Assembly (NCBI GenBank): GCA_013239625.1
Contig: MU053376.1
Coordinates: 272,833 to 336,832, forward strand
From: Lama guanicoe
Taxonomy: Eukaryota
Length of the DNA: 64,000 bases
Reading direction: 5' to 3'
In this document: piece after piece, positions 12,634 to 24,955 of the stretch
Numbering within the stretch: the stretch's first letter is position 1
Layout: each line of letters starts with the position of its first letter
Notes under the pieces: model-generated
Databases searched by the model: none
What the model was told of the DNA's origin: nothing
The model's input: only the letters and a program-made list of their open reading frames with translations
Program-made: the position numbers and the translations under genes

Positions 12634-14644
12634 TTTCATCATGTTACTTTCTTGCTCAGAAATTTCCAGTGGTTGGCCCCTCCCCTGCCTGCTACGTAAA
12701 GGTCTAGCTCCTTGTCCCAGCATCCAAGGCCCACTGCAATGCATCCCAATTCATCTTTCAAACATCTTATTCTACTGCTCAGTGTATAAATTTTCTCAAT
12801 ATTTCCCCAAAAGGACTTTGGCATCTCTGCTTTTGGCTATCACCCCCGCCCGCAACCGTCTCTACCGAGATGCCCCGCTCCTCTCCAGCCACCAGAGCAA
12901 GCCAACCTTTAAGGTCACAGATCTCAGCCAAACTGATGATCTGATAACCCAAGGAACTTCTCAAAAAAACCGATTCCCAGATTCCATCCCAGAAGCCTCT
13001 TGAATCCAAATCTCTTGGGAAAGGCAGGTGGACACCGCTTTAAAGCTGAACTCAAATGCCACCGTCTCCAGAATGACTCTGTCAAATGCCCCCAGCGCCC
13101 AGCAGGCCCCCTCTCCCCCATGCAGGCACGGGCAAGTACTGGCCATTCATCCCATGGACATCCTGTGCATCCACAGAGCTGGGAACTGAGATGAGATGCG
13201 GTCCCTATGCAATCCTGGAACCCCAGTCTAGTCCTGGACACAGGAAAAACCAAGCCCACAAAACTGCCCTCCTCTCAGAGGCAGTCCCTGAGGCAGAGGC
13301 GGGGATGGGCAGGGAGGCAGCTGCATGGACACAGCAGCCCCTGAGAGACCGAGGGTGGGCATCCCAGAGAGCGAGCTGCAGAAAGAAAGAGGTGGGAGAA
13401 ACTGGCCCTGTGGCCAGGTCCGGGTCACGCTGGGAGCTAAGATAATCACAGGAACTAACACTTACTGTGTTCACTGTTGGAACCGCTCCACATTTACGGC
13501 CTTGTTTATCCCTCATAACTAATCGGAGCCGAGGAGTGCTGCGGCTGGGCTGCGGGGCCCACCAGGAGCCGAGTGGCCAGGCTGCTCGATAAATACGTTC
13601 TCACTGATCAATGGGTAAAACTATCTTTGAGGGCTGGCTCCCCGCGGCAGGAAGCCGGGCTCCTTCGGGAGCAACTACAACCCTGAAAAATGTTGTCCTT
13701 ACTTTTTAAACTACTAAAAGCAACACCGGGACTGCTGAAGGGCGGGGAGGCCCTGGCTGGGTGACACCCTGGCTTTCCTGACACAGGATGCAGACGTGGG
13801 CGTGAGAGCACTCCTTGTCCCCGGGCCCGGGGAGACAGCTGCCCTGGAAGACAGCTGTGGGTGCCTCAGTACAGGGACCCAGGAGAAGTGTTCCCAGAGG
13901 GCTGGCCGAGTGGCCCCGAGCTGCCCCCGCTGTCCCTTGTCCCAGTGCCAGTGCAGGACCTGCGGGGCAGGGCTGCCTCAGCACACCCGAGAGCTGGCAG
14001 GACATCCTGAGCTGGTCTCATCCTTCCTCCTGCTCCAGAAGGCAGAGCCTCTGCACACCCACTCCAGAGAGACGGAGGTCATGGCTGGAAGGTCACAGCT
14101 TCCCCCAGCTTCCACCTTCTCTAGTCTTCTAGTCTTTGGGTAACCTTTGTCTGCCTGGCTGGAATTTAAACCATTCCGCAACTGGGGGAGTCAATGCAGA
14201 TCTCAAACTCAGCCCTAAAAAGAACAGCCCCACAAGGCAGACAGGAGCCACGCATGGCCCGTCCCTCATGCCTCTGGCCTGTGCCCTAGGATGCCCAGGG
14301 CAGGGGTCCCTCTGCGATACTGAACCAGGGGGCAACTGGGGTTGAAGCACAGAGGAGCCAGATAGAGAACCCAAGACAGGTGAGGTGGCCTCTGTGTATC
14401 CCACTTCCTTAAACATCTCCATGGCTAATACACAGTCACACAATGGACTGTGTAATCGGCAGCTGAAATCACTGGAACTGACAGCCAGGAGCCTCAGCTT
14501 CCCCGAGCCTGGGCTGAACCATTAACCTCTCTGCGCTTCTTTTCCTTCATCTGTGCACTGGAGTGGAACCTACACTCCCCTCATTCAGCTCGTGTCAGTG
14601 TAAAATAACCTGATAAATATGAGTGTTTCAAAAGCTAAACCCAT

Positions 14645-15250
14645 TTGAAAAGATACATGTACCCCAATGTTCATAACGGCACTATTTACAATAGCCAAGA
14701 CTTGGAAGCAACCTACGTGCCCATCAACAGAGGACTGGATAAAGATGTGGGGTATATACACACAGTGGAATGCTACTCAGCCACAAAGAAGGATGAAATA
14801 ATGCCATTTACTGCAACATGGATGGACCTAGCGATTGTCATACTAAGTGAAGGAAGCCAGGAGACAAAGACAAATATCATATGATATCACTTATATATGT
14901 GAAATCTAAAAAAATGATACAAATGAACTCATTTATAAAACAGAAATAGATTCATAGACATAGAAAACAAACTTATGGTTACCAAAGGGGAAAGGGGACA
15001 GGGGAGGGATAAATTAGGACTTTGGGATTAACAGATACACACTACTGTACATAAAATAGATAAACAACAAGGACCTACTGTACAGCACAAGAAGCTATAT
15101 TTAATATCTTATAATAATAATGGAAAAGAATATGAAAAAGAATATATTATGTATATATACACAAAACAGAATCATTTTGCTGTACACATGCACTAACACA
15201 GCATTGTAAATCAACTACGTGGCGATGAAAAAGATTTTTAGTTAAAAAAA
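14645..15250 (+). mobile_element. 5'-truncated artiodactyl-type L1 (end of ORF2 plus 3' UTR)
   Basis: gatacatgtaccccaatgttcat..gccatttactgcaacatggatggaccta..cttatggttaccaaagggg; decayed ORF2 C-terminal motif (IMPFTATWMDL). Confidence 0.9.
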
Positions 15251-15486
15251 CAAAGAGCTTTTTCAATTTGAGGGGGAGAAGTTAGATCTAAAAGCAAAAC
15301 ATAGGGTACTGCTGATATAGCACCAGTCAGGCCCCCATCCCGGGCTCGTGTGGGGGCTCCGGGTCGGGACGCCTTGCCGTGGTCTGAGTCTGGGAGCGGG
15401 AAAGACAACAAGCAGCGATACCCCGGCAGCCAGGTCTCCGGAACTGGAGCCTGAGCCCAGCCCCAGCCACAGCCACAGCCACGCAC

Positions 15487-15935
15487 GGTGACTTTCACGC
15501 TGTAAGTTTTGACTTACTAGTGGGCTGTGAAATCAATTTAGTAAATCAAGTTCAGCCTTTTAAAATTTTAACGGAACAGAATATCAGGGTGCACTTTACC
15601 TGGTAAGAGTAAACACTATTTTTCGATACTTTTCAAACTCATAAAACACACCCGCCGTGTTAGGATCTTGACTCACTTGTCTCAAAGTCACTTGTCTTTC
15701 TACATTTCAGCATCTTCATTTTGAAAATAGGGACCCTGACAGTGTCCACCTCACAGGGCTATTGTGAGCATTATATTGGTTAATATACATCACGCATTTG
15801 GAAAGGTGCTTGGCACAAGTGCTATATAAAAGTGTCATTTCCGTATTTATACACACATGTAAGTGTGTGTGCACGCGCGTTTACATGGTAAATATCTTTC
15901 TGTCGTGTGGAGGAAAAAACTGAAATCCACTGCCG
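15487..15935. mobile_element. hAT-Charlie-type non-autonomous DNA transposon with a MIR-like segment at about 15655-15835
   Basis: tagtgggctgtgaaatcaatttagt..gaatatcagggtgcac motif. A related copy lies at about 43770-44000. Confidence 0.5.
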
Positions 15936-16094
15936 TGGGAGAAGCTAAGAAGTGCTTCTCCAAAGACAACATACGCTTAGAATCAGATTCCCAAATCTCA
16001 GAAGTCCATGAGGGTTTGTTCACATAGCTTCAGGGAAAGAGGTTCAGGTAACTGGAGGAACACGGGGCTGGGCAGAGCGAGCATGAGCGTCTGA

Positions 16095-16290
16095 GAGCCG
16101 GTGCTAAGTGCCTTCCGAATTTACTCATTTAATCCAATACAAGCCTATGCGGTAGATACTATTACTCCCATTTCACAAGTGAGGAAACTGAGCACAGAGA
16201 GGTTAACTTGTCACACAGCTCAGCAGTAGTGGAGCCAGGATTTGAACTCTGCCTCCCAGGTATGGACTTTTACCTGTTACACTACCCCGT
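16095..16290 (-). mobile_element. MIR
   Basis: MIR core cccatttcacaagtgaggaaactgagcacagagaggttaacttgtcacacagc..ggagccaggatttgaac. Representative of roughly 20 MIR fragments (e.g. near 115, 6290, 9720, 19990, 21250, 21755, 26700, 39340, 45290, 47360, 48110, 61490). Confidence 0.85.
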
Positions 16291-19200
16291 CTGCTCCACT
16301 TTGATGCCACCTTCTCCCATGTGAGAGGAAAGCCAAATCCAAGACGGTTCTGCCACCGAGGAGGTGGCCCTGTTCGTGAGAAGGGTGCTTCCTTTGCGCT
16401 CACCTCAAAGCCAAGCATTTCATTCTCCAATGGCTTGAATTCAGGAAACGGCGCCCCCAGGGTCCCATCAGAGTCCAGACAGTTCTGTCTACTACAATAG
16501 TTGGGGGCGATGAACTTGGTTAACAGGGTTCGTAACTATGTAATGTGTTCAGGACTCAATCCGAGCAGTATAAATTTGGCTGGAAGATACTAAATTCTCC
16601 ACATCCTTTACTCTAGAAGACCCAGGGTCTTTCTAATCATGTCTTACTTCATCTTCTCTGAGGCCCAGAGATGCCAGGAGGGGCGATTCTCCCGATTTCC
16701 AGCCTTGTCCAAGGTCGCTCTGAGTAAGCGCCCAGTGAAGAATGAGAAGGTTTCTGGTAGACGGGAAAAGAGGGAGGCGGGAACCCCTCTGTCACAAAGT
16801 GCCTTGTGGCACACGGCTGTCCCAGTCTGCGTCTGTCTGCCTCCTACCTTGACAGCTACGCAAATTCCCCCTGACACGAGGTACCCAGTTTCTCTCTGGC
16901 CCCAACCATGGGCTTCGTCAAACCCAGCTGATACTTCTGTGGGTAGAAAGAGGACAGAAGGAAGGACCACGACTGTAATTGTGGACGAAGCCTCCTCTCC
17001 CCCAGCGCCGCCCACGGTCCTCCATTTGCTGAAGGAAGAGCACAGAGCAAGAGGAGGGGCAGCCCCTTCTCTCCCACCAGCTTCACAGACCATTTTTTTC
17101 GGAATCCCCAGCATCCTTACTCACTATCCTCTCCAATTTGAGCTGGCTAAGACTGTCTCATACTAGGCAAAGCCCATGATTTTGTTTGTATCTTTTCAAT
17201 CTGTAGTAAGTCTCAAACACTCAAAAAAAAAAAAAAAAAGTAGGGGAGCTTAGCTCCTGAGAGATTGAGGGCTTGCTCCTGGTCACAAACTCTGTGAATA
17301 TACGTACAAGTGAGGGCAGTTCCCAGCAAGGCCAGGCTCCTTTTGGAGCTGGTAGGAACCTCTCCTCCATCGAAGCCCCATCCGCACCGACAGAAGTGAC
17401 CGCTCCCTCCCCTGCCCAGGTATTTCTGAGCCACGCCACCATTCCGAATTGCAACGATGTGTTTATACATCTGCCTCCTCCTCCCCACGTAAGTACTCTG
17501 AGTTCCTCAAGCGCAGTGACCATGACTTACTCATCTTTGCCTTCCTGGTATCTGGCAAACAGTGATTTCTCAGGGAACGTTTGGGGAAGAAAGGGCAGGA
17601 CGGCAGGGAAAGTGGGATGGATCAAGAGGCAGAAGAGAGAAGAGAGAAATGCAAGGGGAGGGAGGGCTGAGGGGGAGAGAGGGAAAGGGAGGGGTGAGTA
17701 GGACGGCAGGCAGGCAGGCGCGAGGGGGGAAAGGTGGGTTAGCAGGTACCAGGAGATAATGGTCATCTCAAGGCAATGGGACTGGACTGCGGGCGCCGTG
17801 CTGATCTCAGTCCCACTGGGATGCGTGGACACAGGCTGCGCCCCGAGCCCGTCCAGGACACGATTCAGGAACACTGGTAAGGGGGCGGCCTTTCAGCCAC
17901 CAGGGAGGCCTGCCAGTTTCCCAGGACCCCACTGTCCTTCGTTCCGTCCTTCCCCGCCTCTGGAAAGTGAGCAGAGCCCCCCACCCCTCCTGCTGCCTCT
18001 TCTCAGGTCCTACCAGGCGGCACTGCAGCCCCCACCCAGGGCCTTGTTGTTCCCATATATCAAATGGAGGCACATCTCTGTCCTGGCTGACGGGGACGGA
18101 TTTAGGGGGATGGGGAGACCCCCTCCCCTGGATGCCCAGCTCCAGATGTGGGGTGCATTTTTGGGGGGTGCTTCTCAGCTGAGGGGCTGAGGAAGCCATG
18201 TCCTCCAGCTGGGTTCCCCACAAACCCCCGGCCGGCCTCCCTGAGGCTGGAGGGAGGAGTGGCTTCTACAGGAGGGGACTCCTGAGTAGGCTGGGCCCCT
18301 GCATGACTCTGACTCAGGAAACAACTGGAAACAACTGGAAACCACAGCTGAGGAAGCTGGCCTCGCCCTGAAATTCCCCTGAGGTGAGGAGATAAGGAAC
18401 CCCGGTGAGGACTCCACTGCAGCTCCACTTCTGGAAAGCGCTTCCCAGGTGGCCCACTGCTCACTCCACAGGTGTTTGTGGAGACCCCCATTTGCACAGC
18501 ATGCAGGCCCTGGGGGCCAACTCCAGGGACCAGCTCTCTGGCCTGATGAGGTGAGGGATGAGAGAACAGAGGGGGTTCTTGGCCTTCTCAAAAAACTCCA
18601 GAATAACACGATTACGCTCTGCAAATCCTGCCCTACCTCTTTTGCAAAACAAGTCCTCAAGCCAGATCTGGCACATGCCAGGCAGCCAGGCACCTGGAAA
18701 TGAAGCAGGAAACTACTCCAGGGTGTCTTGTGGCTGCTTCTTTGTGCCAAAGAACTGGCGGGGGGAGGAGGGGTGGTGATGTCCAGGCTCAATTTTATTG
18801 GGCTCTCTGAATGGACAAGGTGGTTATTGAGGGCAAAGTGAGGGATAGAGTTAGCCAGGCCACAGGTACCCCGATGACCCTGGAGACAATCCACAAGGAC
18901 AGTCCACTGCCTAAAGCATCAGTTAGTGGAAGCCAAGGGCACTGAGCTCTCGTTCTGACCCTGCACCTAATGTGCTGTGTGCTCTCAGGCAGGCCACAAG
19001 CCTCTCTGATCCTCAGATGACTAATCTGCTCAGGGCCATAAGGACGGGGGCAAGGAGAAAAGAGGACGCAAACTGTGTCCCACGCCTGCATAAACCCTTA
19101 AAAGATTAAATCCAGTCTCCTGTGTAGAGCTGTCAAAGCTCTTCACAAGCCAGTCCACCTTCCAGCTTCCCTGCTGAGACCCCTGACGTGTTCTCTGCGC

Positions 19201-19490
19201 TTCAGCCCCTGGCCAGGCGGGTGTATTTCCAGTTCCCACGCTGCCTCATGCATCTCAGCCTCTGGGCGTGCTGTTCCTTCTGCTTGAGCTGCAGCCCTTC
19301 CACCCCCTCACCCATACTTTGAGATCGAGCCCAAACCTGCCCCCCGACAGCTGCACCTGACGTCCACCCAGGTCGCCTTCCTCCCTCTGTGTTTGCAAAG
19401 CACGCTGTGCATTCATCTTATTTTTCTTAATTCTTTGTTTACAAGTCTATCTCCCCTGCTAGACTGTGAACTTTGAAAGATCATGTCAGA

Positions 19491-19612
19491 AGGTAGGGGT
19501 ATATATAGCTCAGTGGTAGAGCGAGTGCTTACTATGCATGAGGTCCTGGGTTCAATCCCCAGTACCTCCCTTATATAGGTAGATAGATAGATAGATAGGT
19601 AGATAGATAGGT
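19491..19612 (+). mobile_element. Vic-1-type SINE with an (AGAT)n tail
   Basis: SINE body 19495-19570, tail agatagatag..., TSD-like aaagatcatgtcaga / aaaaccatgtcaaa. Confidence 0.9.
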
Positions 19613-22600
19613 AAAACCATGTCAAATTCATCTTCTATTCAACAAACATTTAGTAAGTGTCTGCTCCATGCCAGGCACTGTGAGGTCCCAGGACACAGAG
19701 GAGAGAAAGGCAGGCTCACGTCAGGTGTCCCCAGTGCATAGGACAGTGTGGGCACAGAGCCCAGCCTACGGCAGGCAGGAAAAGCAGGTGACAAGGGCTG
19801 CCCTAGGGCTCTGCCGCGCATGCTCTGCCCCCTCTCCCTTAGCAGGAGATGAAAGGATATTGGGAAGAAGAAATTGAAAACATAAACCACGACCACTTCC
19901 TGAGAACTTTACTGCGTACTATGTCGGCACCATTGTCAGTGCTTTAGACACGCAATTTTTTTTTTCATTCTCAAATTAACTCTTTGACAAAGGCCTTTGT
20001 GGATAAGTGGTGCCCAGAGAGGCTGAGATACCTGTTCAAGGTCACACAGCAGGACAGCAGGCAGCAGAGCTCAGACAGGACCTCAGGTCTGTCTGACCGT
20101 CCCCTGCCCTTAGTTTCATGCCGCCCTGGTTAAATACGAGAGCAAATGAGCACCTGTGTGTGCCCAGACTTCTTTTTTTAAAAGAGGAAATAATGATGCA
20201 TTAAAACTCAAGGCTCCAAACTGTAGGATTTTAGTCCTTTCTGCCCAGGCGGCCTTCTGGAAATTCTCTGTTCCCTTCCTCTCCCATTGCAACAACAGTT
20301 CCCGAAACTCTAATGAGCCAGGCCAGCTCCCCACCCTGCCTGGGGAAGCCAGGGCTGCCATCCAGCTTTTGCCATCTTCAAAGTGTCATTAGTAGCTGCT
20401 TGGCAGGTGGTCCCAGGCCCCTGCAGGCTAAACCACTGCCCCTATTATCCAGAGCTATCAACCACTGGGATTCTGCACTTAATGGGGAAACAGCAGATAA
20501 CGGGCCTCCTGTGGTCTGCTCCTGCACCAGCCACAATCAGCTTCTCAACATGCTCCTCCACATTCCCCTGCCAAGCATTTTTCTCTCTCAAAACCCAGCT
20601 GTGGCCACTGCCCACGTAAACTCCCCTGCCTGGGCTTCAAGGCTCTTTCCCAACATCCGTTATTCCCTTCACTCCTTTCCTCTGTGACCCCCTCCCCCAC
20701 GACTCCAACCAAGCTAACTAGGATTTTACAAATGCCCTTCCTGTCCCATGGAATGTCATTTTACTGATGCAAGTTCCCCTTCGTCCCATCCTAAATCTGT
20801 CACCTCTTCCAGGAAGTCCTCCCTGATAGACCATGCCCAACACTGATCTTGCCTTTGCTTTGCCTTTTCTCAGAACTTAATACCCTCTCTGCAGCTACGT
20901 TGGTTGGAGCCATTTGTTATAGTCATTCATCTGACAAACATTTACTAAGGATCTACAACTATGTGCCAGATATTTATTGTGTGTCTACTATGTGCCAAGC
21001 ACTCTGCTAGGTACTGGACATTCACTGTCCCCAAGGAGCTTCTTGATCTCATGTTAGTCACCTTCAGGCCCTTTCCTGGGGGAGGCCCACCTCTGCACTT
21101 CGGTAGAGAGCTCTCTGGTGTCTGTCTCCTCTTTGTCATCCTTGCGCCTGTCATTTACAAAGGACTATGTCTTTTGCAAGGTGCTTTTGCATCCATTAGC
21201 TCATTTTATCTGCTCAGCACTGGTACAAGGCAGGATGCAAGAAGTTATTAGCCCATTTGAAAGATGGGGACACTGAGGCCCAGAATGATGAAGTGACCTG
21301 TCCAAGGACACTTGGATGATATGACCTGTAACCAGTCAAGCCATCAACAGAAGCCAGGTCCTTTGCCTCCCAAGGTGAATGGGCTTTGCCTGAACCCTGC
21401 CCCACACCACACAGACTCGGGTCATTGGGAGCTAAGTGGGACCTGAGTGATGACCCATTTCTCAACCTCTGCTCCTGCCATCGGATCTCGAGGAAGAAAG
21501 ATTAGGGGGCCTTAAAACATGCTCGTGGAATGGGAAACTTTGGACAAGTTTATCCTTGTATTCCTGGTACATACATAACAGGCACTCGATCCATATTTGT
21601 CAAATGAATGAACAACTTACTAAAGAGGCAAATGGCAGGGGGTCTGAGCGAGCAGATAAGAAGAGCTATTTGAGTGCATGTTCTGTGTCAGGCATAATTT
21701 GAAGCACAACGCATTTCATCGTCACACCAATCTTTTGAGATGGCGATTATCATCTCCCTTTTACAGATGAGACAAAATGAGGTCAAACACCCAGAGCCGC
21801 AGGACTCGGTGGAACCTGGGCAGACTGACTCCGGAGCTGTGCTCTTGACCACGTAAGCCCAGCACGGGTCGTACGCTCCTGCCGTCCGTGAGAAGCACTC
21901 AGCTCCCCCGACAAGCACACTGAACCAGCATTCTGATGAGTGCTGAGTGAAGACTGAAGTCACACTTCTGCCCTGGGCCCTGGGTTCTGCGTGAGTCTGC
22001 ATTAGTCACCCCCGGCCGTAATGAAACACAAGAAAAATCCAGCCAGGGGCGGCTGGGGTGGGGTGGGCGCTGCGGTTCAGCTGCACAAGGACTTCCTGCG
22101 TCCTCTCCAGTGTCTGCATTCCAAAGTCCTGCTGTGACCCACGGGCCTGCCCCCCAAAGAGCAGGTCACCTCTCTGACTTGATTACCACACAGGCCTGAT
22201 AAGAGTCAGGGTTATGAATCGCAAAGAGCAGAGGATAGAAGGAAATTTCTAGCATCTCAACCAATGCTGAAGTAGGGGGCAGGGTAAAGGAGGGTAAAGT
22301 AGTGTTTGTCACTGGGACAAAGACAAGCTGAAAAGACTTATAAATAGGATAAAGAGAGGGACCTCGGTGAATAGCCCCTTTATGGGAAGGGACGGGAAGG
22401 ACGCGGCTGGGCCACTCCAGCTCTGGCTATTTGGGGCCCCCATCAGAAAGGAGGCTGACACTTAGGAAAAGTCTCACCACCAACAAGACAGGGACGGGGG
22501 CCAAAGAAAGAGAACGTAGAAATAATCTTCCCCAAGGTCAGGTTTCTCTAACAAAATCTTAACTAGGAGGATGTGGAAGAAGTGAGCTGAAGCAGGAGTG

Positions 22601-24418
22601 AGGATCCCAGAAATCACCAAAGCTGAAGGTTTGTGCCTAAAGGTGCCAGATTAGAAGTTGATTCTGATCTTAGTGTCTCTGTATGATCTTGGGCCAAAAG
22701 CTTAACTAAACCTTCCACAGACATCAGCTTCTCCATAGCCACCTGCACATGTCTTCATCCTCTGGCACAGGGACCATGTTAGGGTCCAGGAGACCAGAGA
22801 CCAGATAATGCTTGGAGATACTGAGAGGAGAGAAGATGCAGAAATGTGAGATCTGGTCAGAACTCTCGGCGACAGACAGGCAGGAGCCACCTCCAGGCTG
22901 GGCTTCGGTTGCCCCAGTTGCAGGCAGAGAGGAGCAACTATTATGATTGTCTCAAAGCTCCTGAGAGATGGGGAAGACATGCCTCACGCACCTTGGGCAG
23001 GTGACACCTCTGCCCAGTTATCTGTGCTTTCAGATCTCTAGGGTCAGCCCCCAGAAGCCGAATGGCGGGAAGAAGCGTTCCGCGTGGTTTAAGCACCATG
23101 GAGAAACGCACGCCGGGGTTGCGGGGCTGGCAGAGGGAACCCCCAGGCCAGAGGTTCCAGTTTGCCCAGCAATGAGGGAGTCCTCGGAAGGCGGGACTTT
23201 TGGTGCTAAACCAGGGACAGTCCCAGGAAAAGTGGGACAAGTGAGTCACCCCACTGAAGGACTCACATGTTTAAAAAGCCTCTGGTTTGGCAGAGAACCC
23301 CTGGCACCACCTGGAATCCTCATGCTCAGAAATACTGAGAGTTCAGATCCCAGGACTGAGGGGCCAGGTGCCCAGATGCCTGTCCTGGTGAGCCTCTGGA
23401 CTCATCCCAGCCTCACTGGGACTTGATAACTCCAGGAGGTCTGAATAAATCTGCCTTCCCAGTTGGAGGCCAAAATACCATTAGAGGATGATGGAGGTTG
23501 CTTGGAACCCTGAGCCCTGAAAAAGTTCCTTCTTGTGGATTTCTTAGAGTGGCCTGTAAGCAAACCCAGGAGGAGGCCTTAGGGCAGGACTCTGCTTCCT
23601 GGCTTTCCCCAGAGGTCACCTCATCCTGCAGAGGTCTCAGTGGCCAGGGCAAACAAGGGGTTGAAGGATGGCCATGGCAAGAGGCAATAAAAGCCATTTC
23701 CAGGCTGCCAGTGCCAAGGGCATCTGAGCTGCCATTAACTTACATGCTGGACAGAGCACAAAGTGGGCGGAGCTCCCTCTCCTCACCCTGCCCAGCGCCC
23801 TCCCCACTGAGTCCAGTGCACTGAGCTGAGCGTCCCCTGGCTTGAATCCATTTAATTTTCTCCTAAGCTGCTTTGCGGGGCCGGCTGCTGAGTGCTTAAC
23901 GTGTCCAGTCCTGCTGTGGCCGACTTTCTCCGTGGCCCAGGGCAGGCTCCGGTTCCGTGCCCCTCCTGCCCAGCCAAAACAGAGGCCAGGCTCAAACTTG
24001 GCCCCTGAGTTCACAGAGATCAGAGGGCGGGATTGGAGAGTCAGCTCCTCTGGCCCTTGAAGGCAGTCTGCCCCACTCTTTAGGGCCAGGAAGAAGGGAC
24101 CTCCTAAGAAGTCAGGATGGAGAAAGCGTCTCCCTCCTGCCTCTGCCAAGCTTCATCATTTCTTAATTCAGCAAATGGTCTATCAGTGCCACCTATGTGC
24201 AAAGCCCTGAGAAAGTAGCAGGCAATTAAGATCCAGGCTCAGATCCCAAGGAGGGATAGAGGGAGCTGGAAGCTACAGATTCTCCCCAACTCTCTAAGGT
24301 TCTATGTACAGCTGCCCCACATGGTGTCCCCACACACCCTACCCCAGTGAGCACATGCAGAGATGTGGAGATAAAATGGAAAGAAGAGAAGCCGAAATCC
24401 TGGTTAATTTACAAAGCA

Positions 24419-24955
24419 AACAACCTAAATGTCCATCAACAGATGGATGGATAAAGAAGATGTGGTGTGTGTGTGTGAATATATATATTCAGCCATAAAA
24501 AAGAATGAAATAATGCCATTTGCAGCAACATGAATGGACCTAGAGATTATCCTCCTGAGTGAAGTAAGTCAGACAGAGAGAGATAAATATATGATATCAC
24601 TTACATGTGGAATCTAAAAAAAAAAGATACAAATTCTATTTACAAACCTGAAACAGACTCACAGACATGGAAAAAAAAACTATGGTTACCAAAGGGGAAA
24701 AGGCAGGCAGGGATGAATTGCGGGCTGGGGAATGAACAGACACACATTACTATATATAAAATAGATAAACAGTAAGGACCTACTGCATGGCACAGGAAAC
24801 TATATGCAATTTCTTATAATAACATATAATGGAAAAGCATCTGAAAAGAAAAAATATATATATAATGTATGTATGTATATGTATAACTGAATCACTTTGC
24901 TGTACATCTAAAACTAACATTGTAAATCAACTATACTTCAATAAAAAAATTTTTT
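24419..24955 (+). mobile_element. 5'-truncated L1 3' end
   Basis: caacctaaatgtccatcaacagatg..gccatttgcagcaacatg..caataaaa. Degenerate TSD ttaatttacaaagca (24404-24418) / ttaattcgcgaagta (24956-24970). Confidence 0.9.

Noticed and set aside
14645..14884. ORF resembling the L1 ORF2 C-terminus
   Set aside because: A decayed piece of a 5'-truncated L1, not a functional CDS.
18317..18342. ggaaacaact 10-mer repeated about 2.5 times
   Set aside because: Short slippage duplication with no spacers; not CRISPR-like.
18175..18894. 239-aa minus-strand ORF
   Set aside because: No domain signature, and I found no convincing acceptor/donor pair.
23738..23860. Minus-strand donor CAT|gtaagt in unique sequence
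   Set aside because: The nearby ATG frame hits a stop and is phase 0; nothing else supports an exon, although a non-coding one cannot be excluded.
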